From Mobula birostris (Eukaryota), in the NCBI RefSeq assembly GCF_030028105.1, contig NW_027274494.1, positions 1-64,000 on the forward strand: DNA of 64,000 bases, given 5' to 3'. The notes under the pieces are model-generated. The model saw only the letters and a program-made list of their open reading frames with translations. It made no database searches and was not told where the DNA came from. Of the stretch, positions 57,242 to 64,000 are shown one piece after another; within the stretch, counting starts at the first letter, position 1; each line of letters starts with the position of its first letter. The translations under genes were made by a program, and so were the position numbers.

Positions 57242-57563
57242 ATCCTCACTGTTGTCTTTAATTGATCGAACCCATCTTGAGTCTGAATATGTGTTTCTCT
57301 CTGTCTGTAACTGTCCTGTAAAAAAGTAAACACGCTGCAGAGAATACATAACACGAGCTGGTCACCAGAGCTACGAGGCAATTCTGCAGACAGTAGAAAT
57401 TAACACAGAGCCAAACAGTCAGTCTCGGTTCCCTCTTTCTCCTTAAAGTGACAGTCCACAGACAATATGAACCCTAGGGGTAGATAGCACACCACAATCT
57501 GAAACGCCCGCCCCCACCCCTCAACACGGTGCCACTGACTCTCCCCCTGACCGTCACTCTCAG

Positions 57564-59186
57564 TGTTACAGACTCGTCAGTCTATGATCATCTGTGAATG
57601 AAACTTTGCGAACAACGTCAGGAGGTGAACAGGACCCAGCGCCTATATCGTGAACAGATTCATGAGGTGAACTCAACCCTGGAATCCAGAACTTCCGAGA
57701 ACTCCCTCCTGAATCTCCCCCAGTAACAGTTCCTGAGCATGGTGGTGTGAGTCCCGAGGCTCCTGACCTCCTTCCTGATGGTTGAGGGGTAACAGCTGTT
57801 CCTGAACTTAGTCTGTAAATCATGAGGCCAGTTATCTATAGTGAGCGATTCTGCGAAAACTGGATGGCTGCAGGGTAATCTCCCTTTCGTGAGTGTACTC
57901 GCGACTATTTATATCAGAAACAACATGAAGACTCCCTCTGGGTTCAAAGTTTCTCGGTCAGCAAACCCCAATATCGTCACTCACTGTTCTCTGTTCCCCA
58001 TTTACAGAACAGGTGTGTTTCCAGGGGTGGGTCAACAGGAAACACATATTTCCTGTTTCCTGGAAATAATAAGCTTGTTATTTCATATCGACGGTGGCAA
58101 AATCTCACGCTGGAGCGAAGCAAAAATATTCGAAGTGTGGTTGAAAGCTGCTGGAAATGAACTCAATCGAGGAAAAGGTATGTGCCATACCACGTGAGGA
58201 TGTCCGCAAACTGCCCGGGGCCTGACAGAGCGATCCTCCCTCCACACCGTCCCATCACACACTCCCGGAGTGAGACAGAAAGTGACACTCGCTCCACACC
58301 GTCCCATCATAAACTTCATGGTTCATATAGAGTCACGTTCCCTCCATATCGTCCCATCGCACACCCACGAGGCGTGACAGAGAAAATCCCTCCACACACT
58401 CCCGGGATAAGACAAATAGTAAAGCTCCCTCCATATCGTCCCATCACACACCCACGAGGTGTGACAGAGAAACTTCCTCCACACTTTCCCATCACACACT
58501 TGCGCTGTCAGATAAATAGTAACGCTCCCTCCACAGCGTCCCATCACACACTCCCGGGATAAGACAAATAGTAAAGCTCCCTCCACAGCGTCCCATCACA
58601 CTCTCCCGGGATCAGACAAATAGTAAAGCTCCCTCCTCAGCGTCCCATCACACACTCGCAGGGTCAGGCACGGAGCGAATCTCCCTCCACACCGTCCCAT
58701 TAGACACTCAACGGGTCATGCAGAGTGAAGCTCCCACACTCCATCCCATGACACAACCCTGGGCTCAGACGCAGAGTGAATCGCCCTCTACACCGTCGCA
58801 CTACAAACTCCCGGGGTCATACACAGAGTGATGCTCGCTACAGACGGCCTCATCGTACACTCCCGGGAGAGACATAGATTGAAACTCCCTCCACACCGTC
58901 CCATCATACACTCCCGGGTTCAGACACAGAGTGAATCTCCCTCCACAGCGTCCCATCACACACTCCCGGGGTCAGACACAGAGTGAATCTCCCTCCACAC
59001 CGCCCCATCACACACCACCGGGTAGTAACTGTGCGAAATTCCCTCCGCCCTATTGCGTTATACACTTCCAGGGTCCAACGATAACGTTCCATGCAGAGTG
59101 GTAACGAAAGAAAATGTATTTACCAGGATTTTGTTTCCAAAACTTAGATGGAGCGGACGTTACTGGATTGGAAAATGCCTATGCAT
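57564..59186 (+). pseudogene. Gene F remnant: truncated neck (57564-~57735), CTLD exon 1 with insertion and stops (58008-58177), frameshifted CTLD exon 2 (59127-59186)
   Basis: VLQTRQSMIICE*...; EQVCFQGWVNR[insert]ACYFISTVAKSHAG...; DFVSKT...YWIGKC; exon 3 absent and CR1 in its place. Confidence 0.85.
58220..59070 (-). repeat. 52-bp array, gene F CTLD1-CTLD2 intron
   Basis: C-strand units. Confidence 0.88.
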
Positions 59187-59559
59187 GTGAGGTTCTCAGT
59201 GACTGACGGCTGTGTGGAGAGGGGGGCAGTGGGTTCAGTTTGGATTCTTACAGGGTGCTGTGGTGAGGGCATGGGCAGTGCGAGTAGTTTGGGGACTGAC
59301 TTGGGGCTCGACCGGGAGAGTGGGCAAGGTGATAGTATGGGGACTGACACAGGGCTCTGGGGAGAGAGCGGGACGATGCCTTTTCTTTTGGGACTGAGAT
59401 GGGGCTGCGGGGAGATAGTGCAGCAGTGCGATTATTCTTCTGACTGATACAGGGTGTGAGGTGGAGAGTGGGACAGTGGGACTAGTATGGTGACTGACAC
59501 TTCGATGCGGGAAAAGAATGGGAGACTGCGCTTAGTGTGGTGTCCGTCAGAGGCATGAG

Positions 59560-61010
59560 AGAGGAGCCTGCCCAGGCGGATTGCAGGAGGATACTGGCGG
59601 GGATGACGGCAGAGCAGAGATGGCTGAATTTCGGGAATATTTCATAAGGCGCAGGATAGATATGTCCCACAGAAGCAGTTGTTCTCAGATGGCTGGTGTA
59701 GGCAACCGTGGCTGACAAAGGAAATTAAGGACTGCATAAAAGCCAAGGAAAAGGCATAGAAGGTAGCATAAGTAATTGGGAAGGTGGATGTTTGTTGCAC
59801 TTTTAAAATCCAACAAAAGGCAACTAAAAAACGATAAGAAGGAAAAAGATGGAATATGAGGGCAAACAAGCCAATAACATAAAGCAGGATACTAACACTT
59901 AAAACAAAATGTATGAAGAGTAATGGGGAGTTCCGAGTTAATATTGAACCTCTGGAAAATGAGAGTGGTGAGGTAGTAATGGGCGACAAAGAAATGACAG
60001 ATGAACTTAATGGGTACTTTCCATCAGTCTTCACTGTGGAAGACACTAGCAGTGTGCCAGTGGTCCGTGAGTGTCAGGGAGTAGGAATAAGTGTCATTGC
60101 GACTACAATGGAAAAAGTGCCTGGCAAACTCAAAGGTCTTCAGGTGGATAAGTCACCTGGGCCAGGTGGACTACATCCCAGAGTCCTCAGTGAGGTTGCT
60201 GAAGAGATAACGGATTCATTGGTCACGATCTTTCAAAAATCACTTGATTCTGGCATGGTCCGGAGGACTGGAAGATTGCAAATGTCACTGCACACTTTAA
60301 GAAATGAGTAAGGCCAAAGAAAGGAAATTATTAGCCAGTTAGCCTGAAGTCAGTGTTTGAGGGAGTGTCGGAGTCTATTAATAAATTTGAGGTTGTGAGG
60401 CACTTGGTGACTAATGATAAAATAATTCGAAGTCAGCTTGGTTCCTGTCAAGGGAAATCTTGCCTGACACATCTTCTTTGAGGAAGTAACCAGCAGATTG
60501 GACAAAGCAGAGGCAGCTGATATCATTGACTGGCAATCCAGAAGGCATTTGATAAAGTGCCATACCTGAGGCTGCTTAACAAGCTAAAACCCGATGGTGT
60601 TAGAGGAATGAGACCGGCATGTCTAAAGGAATGACTGGCAGGCAGGAGGCAGCCAATGGGAATGTAAGGGGCGTTCTCTAGTTGACTGCCAGTGACTAGT
60701 GGTGTTCGTCACGGAGTCAGTATTGGGACTGCAACTTATCACATTGCTTGTCAATGATTTTGTGGTACAGATGGCTGTGTGGAAAGTAGGAGTCGGGGTC
60801 AAGTCCATTAACAAAATCATAGAAAAAAGTTCCCATCTAAGAGTGTCTTAAAAGACCCCATTGATTCCGCATCGCCAACCATCGATGGAAGTGTATTCTC
60901 GCTCTGTGGCAACCCACCACACTCTGTGTGAAAAACATACCTCCGACAACCCCTTCTACCATCTTCCAAGCACCTTAAAACTATGACCCTACACCCCGAG
61001 AAAATAATAC
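59560..61010. mobile_element. Degenerate CR1 ORF2 (59560-60765, +) and CR1 3' end (60820-61010, -)
   Basis: LNGYFPSVFTVED, KSPGPGGLHPRVL; minus-strand FHTECGG...SFKTLLD. Confidence 0.75.
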
Positions 61011-61039
61011 TTTTCATTGACAAAGAACATGAAACAACA

Positions 61040-61625
61040 GGACGGTGTGGAGGAAGCTTCACTCTGTGTCTGACCCCGGGAGTGTGTGATGGAACGGTGT
61101 GGAGGGAGCTTCACTCTGTGTCTGACCCCGGGAGTGTGTAATGGGACGGTGTGGAGGGAGCATAACTCTGTGCCTGACCCCGGGAGCTTGTGGTGGGACG
61201 ATGTGGAGGGAGCTTCACTCTGTGTCTGACCCCGGGAGTGTGTGATGGGACGGTGTGGAGGGAGCTTCACTCTGTGTCTGACCCCGGGAGTGTGTAATGG
61301 GACGGTGTGGAGGGAGCATAACTCTGCGCCTGACCCCGGGAGTTTGTGGTGGGACGATGTGGAGGGAGCTTCACTCTGTGTCTGACCTCGGGAGTCTGCG
61401 ATGGGACGGTGTGGAGGGAGATTCACTCTGTGTCTGACCCCGGGAGTGTGTGATGGGACGGTGTGGAGGGAGATTCACTCTGTGTCTGACCCCGAGAATG
61501 CGTGATGGGACGGTGTGGAAGGAGCTTCACTCTGTGTCTGACCCCTGGAGTTTTTGGTGTGACGGTGTGGAGGGAGATTCACTCTGTGCCTGTCCCCGGG
61601 AGCGTGTGATCCGCTGGTGTGGAGG
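61040..61625 (+). repeat. 52-bp array with a 156-bp (3-unit) higher-order repeat
   Basis: Variant cataactctg at 61161 and 61317. Confidence 0.92.
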
Positions 61626-62170
61626 GTTTGGTTGCAGGGAAGAGAGAAGACACGACCGAAGGAGCGGTGATGGCGGTTAATAGGAGATTTGGAGAGGGGA
61701 GGGTGCAGTACAGGGATGCCCCGGGCAAAACGGTGTCTAATCTCGCCCCCACCCCCATCGCCGGAAACGCGTTAGGGACGGGACCGAAAATGCAGTGAGG
61801 ATCCTTGTTGGGGTGAAATGGCTGGGCGGGTCGGGATATCTCTGGGTCACTGCGACGGGTGTGATGGGGGTGGGGGTGTTAGAGAGGAGAATCGGTGCGG
61901 GGCAGGTGGGTGAGAGAGTAGGGAAAGGTAATGGGGAAGGTGGGAGAGAATGAAGTGGAGAGAAGGGAGAGACGGGATGAGGCGGAGAGAAGAGAGGACG
62001 GTAGGAGAAAATGGGAGAGAGAGATGGGGAGATGGAGAGAGTGATGGGGAAAGAGGAAGAGCTGAGAGAGAAAGAGTGTGTGTGTTTGTGGGTGACAGAA
62101 ACGAGAGATAGAGAGGGGGGGGGAGAATGTCACGGAATAAGGAAGGAAAGAGAGAGTGCGAAAGAAAGAG

Positions 62171-63061
62171 TGCGTCACTGGACGAGGAAGTCGAGGACCG
62201 AGTTTCGAGGGGAGCTGCTCACCTCACTCCGAGGGAGGGGACTCATTCACCTCGGTGGATGCTGGGGCTTTGTCCCGGGGCCGTGGTTTCTCCCAGGCAG
62301 AGCGTCTGAAGCCCCGGCGATAGTCCGGAGCTGTGTGAGCGTCCGACGCGCAAATCAGTGCCCAATCACGGGGTGCAAATCTCCAGGACAAGAGAGGCTT
62401 TTATGAGTGACACAAATCCCTCCGACATTCCCTCCTTCCTCATTCCTGCCCTCCTTCTCGACTTCCCTCCTTCCTTTCCTTTCCCCCCTCCCCTTCCGAT
62501 GCCTCTCTGCTTCCATCGTCAGCATTCCTTCTCCCTCATCCCTCCCCTTCCTGCACTCCTTTCCTTTGTACATCGCTCACTTTCTCCTCCCTATCCTCGT
62601 CTCCGCTCCCTCTGATTCCATCTCTGTCAAGCTCTCTTCACCCCGTTCGCTCGCCCTCTCTTTTCTCCCTCTTCCTCCCAATATCTCCAAATCTCCCCCT
62701 CTCTATTCTCCCCTTTCTCCTTCCCTCCTTTCCTCATCTCTATCGCTCTCAGTTCCCTCTCTCCAAAGACTCCCTGTCACCCGCTTCACTCTCTCCACTA
62801 AACACCAAACTTCCCCTCTCTCTCTTCGTCCCCCCACTTTCTCCCCACTTTTACTACTCTTCCCCACCACTCTAAACACTTCCCCAAAGCCCTCATCCTC
62901 TCTCCTCCCCGCACTTCCTCCACTTGTTCTCGGTTCCTCTCCTTATCAACTGCTCATCTGTTGTTTGTTGGTGTCTGTTTGACTCCGTTGTCAACACGGG
63001 CTTCCTCTGACAACGGTCGCTTCCCCTCTTGAGCTCAGAGACGCAGGGAATCCTCGACAGG
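62171..63061 (+). promoter_or_regulatory. Putative promoter/5' UTR of gene G
   Basis: Paralogous to 14233-15172; tgcgtcactgga, ggggccgtggtttctc, gtgcaaat, cttcccct (PU.1-like on the minus strand). Confidence 0.55.
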
Positions 63062-63128
63062 ATGGGCGACAGCGAGACTTACATGAATGTGAAGTTCACA
63101 AAAACGGATGCACGGTCTCCTTCCCCAG
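63062..63128 (+). CDS. Gene G first coding (cytoplasmic) exon, MGDSETYMNVKFTKTDARSPSP; gene continues beyond the window
   Basis: aggATGg Kozak context; phase-1 donor G|gtgaga; homologous to the gene B exon remnant. Confidence 0.8.
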
Positions 63129-63144
63129 GTGAGAGGGACAGAGA

Positions 63145-64000
63145 GACGGTGTGGAGGGAGATTCACCCTGTGTCTGACCCTGGGGGTGTGTGATGGGTCT
63201 GTGTAGAGGAAGCTTCACTTTGTGTCTGACCCCGGGAGTGTCTGATGGGACAGTGTGGAGGGAGATTCACTCTCAGCCTGAACTTGGGAGTGCGTGATGG
63301 GACGGTGTGGAGGGAGATTCACCCTCTGTCTGTCCCCGGGAGGGTGTGATGGGATGGTGTGGAGGGAGCTTCACTCTCTGTCTAACCCCGGCTCTGTGTG
63401 ATGGGAATGAGTTCAGGGAGCTTCACTCTGAACCGGACCTTGGGAGTGCGTGATGGTACGCCGTGGAGGGATATTCACTCTGTGTCTGACCATGGGAGTG
63501 TGTAATGGGACGGTGTGGAGGGAGATTCACCCTGTGTCTGACCCTGGGAGTGTGTGATGGGTCTGTGTAGAGGAAGCTTCACTTTGTGTCTGACCCCGAG
63601 AGTGTCTGATGGGACAGTGTGGAGGGAGATTCACTCTCAGCTTGAACTTGGGAGTGTGTGATGAGACGGTGTGGAGGGAGCTTCACTCTGTGTCTGACCA
63701 TGGGAGTGTGTGATGGGATGGTGTGGAGGGAGATTCACCCTGTGTCTGACCCCGGGAGTGTGTGATGGGACGGTGTGGAGGGAGATTCACTCTGTGTCTG
63801 ACCCCGGGAGTGTATGATGGGACGGTGTGGAGGGAGATTCCCTCTGTGTCTGACCCCGGGAGTGTGTGATGGGACGGTGTGGAGGGAGATTCACTCTGTG
63901 TCTGACCCCGGGAGTGTGTGATGGGACGGTGTGGAGGGAGATTCACTCTGTGTCTGACCCCGGGAGTGTGTGATGGGACGGTGTGGAGGGAGATTCACCC
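63145..64000 (+). repeat. 52-bp minisatellite array (young, homogeneous at the 3' end; 364-bp higher-order repeat)
   Basis: tgacccc at 63851, 63903 and 63955; variant gggtctgtgtagagg at 63195 and 63559. Confidence 0.95.

Noticed and set aside
63145-64000. 52-bp array as a CRISPR array or repeat-protein gene
   Set aside because: Head-to-tail units with no unique spacers; eukaryotic intronic context; 52 is not a multiple of 3, so the ORFs are artefacts.

Overview
Eukaryotic, repeat-rich vertebrate DNA, most likely a cartilaginous fish and probably a ray. That is my recognition of the CR1/HER1-type LINEs, Penelope-like elements and the 52-bp minisatellite, not a database result. The window is part of a birth-and-death cluster of type II transmembrane C-type lectin-like receptor genes with NK-complex-style exon layout: cytoplasmic exon, TM exon, coiled-coil neck exon and three CTLD exons, with intron phases 1/1/1/0/2. 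Seven gene units can be assembled from splice sites. Gene A (+, 1595-7375) and gene C (-, 47197-42416) are open from TM exon to stop. Gene B (+, 15173-30933) is a pseudogene. D, E and F (53-59 kb) are rearranged remnants. G (+, ATG at 63062) runs off the window. Their CTLD is atypical: WIGKC replaces WIGL, the WxWxDG long loop is missing, a CxxC...C cysteine set is added, and there is a conserved C-terminal DIPE(K/E)IxxLC tail. Each intron carries its own signature minisatellite. The first CTLD exon sits between oppositely oriented 52-bp arrays in A, B and C. The rest is nested CR1 LINEs (one near full length), Penelope-like elements with minimal hammerhead ribozymes, Rex/Babar fragments, two related solo LTRs, a hAT fragment, an L1 5' end and a 5S rRNA-derived fragment. 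TE boundaries are approximate; exon boundaries were read from GT/AG sites.
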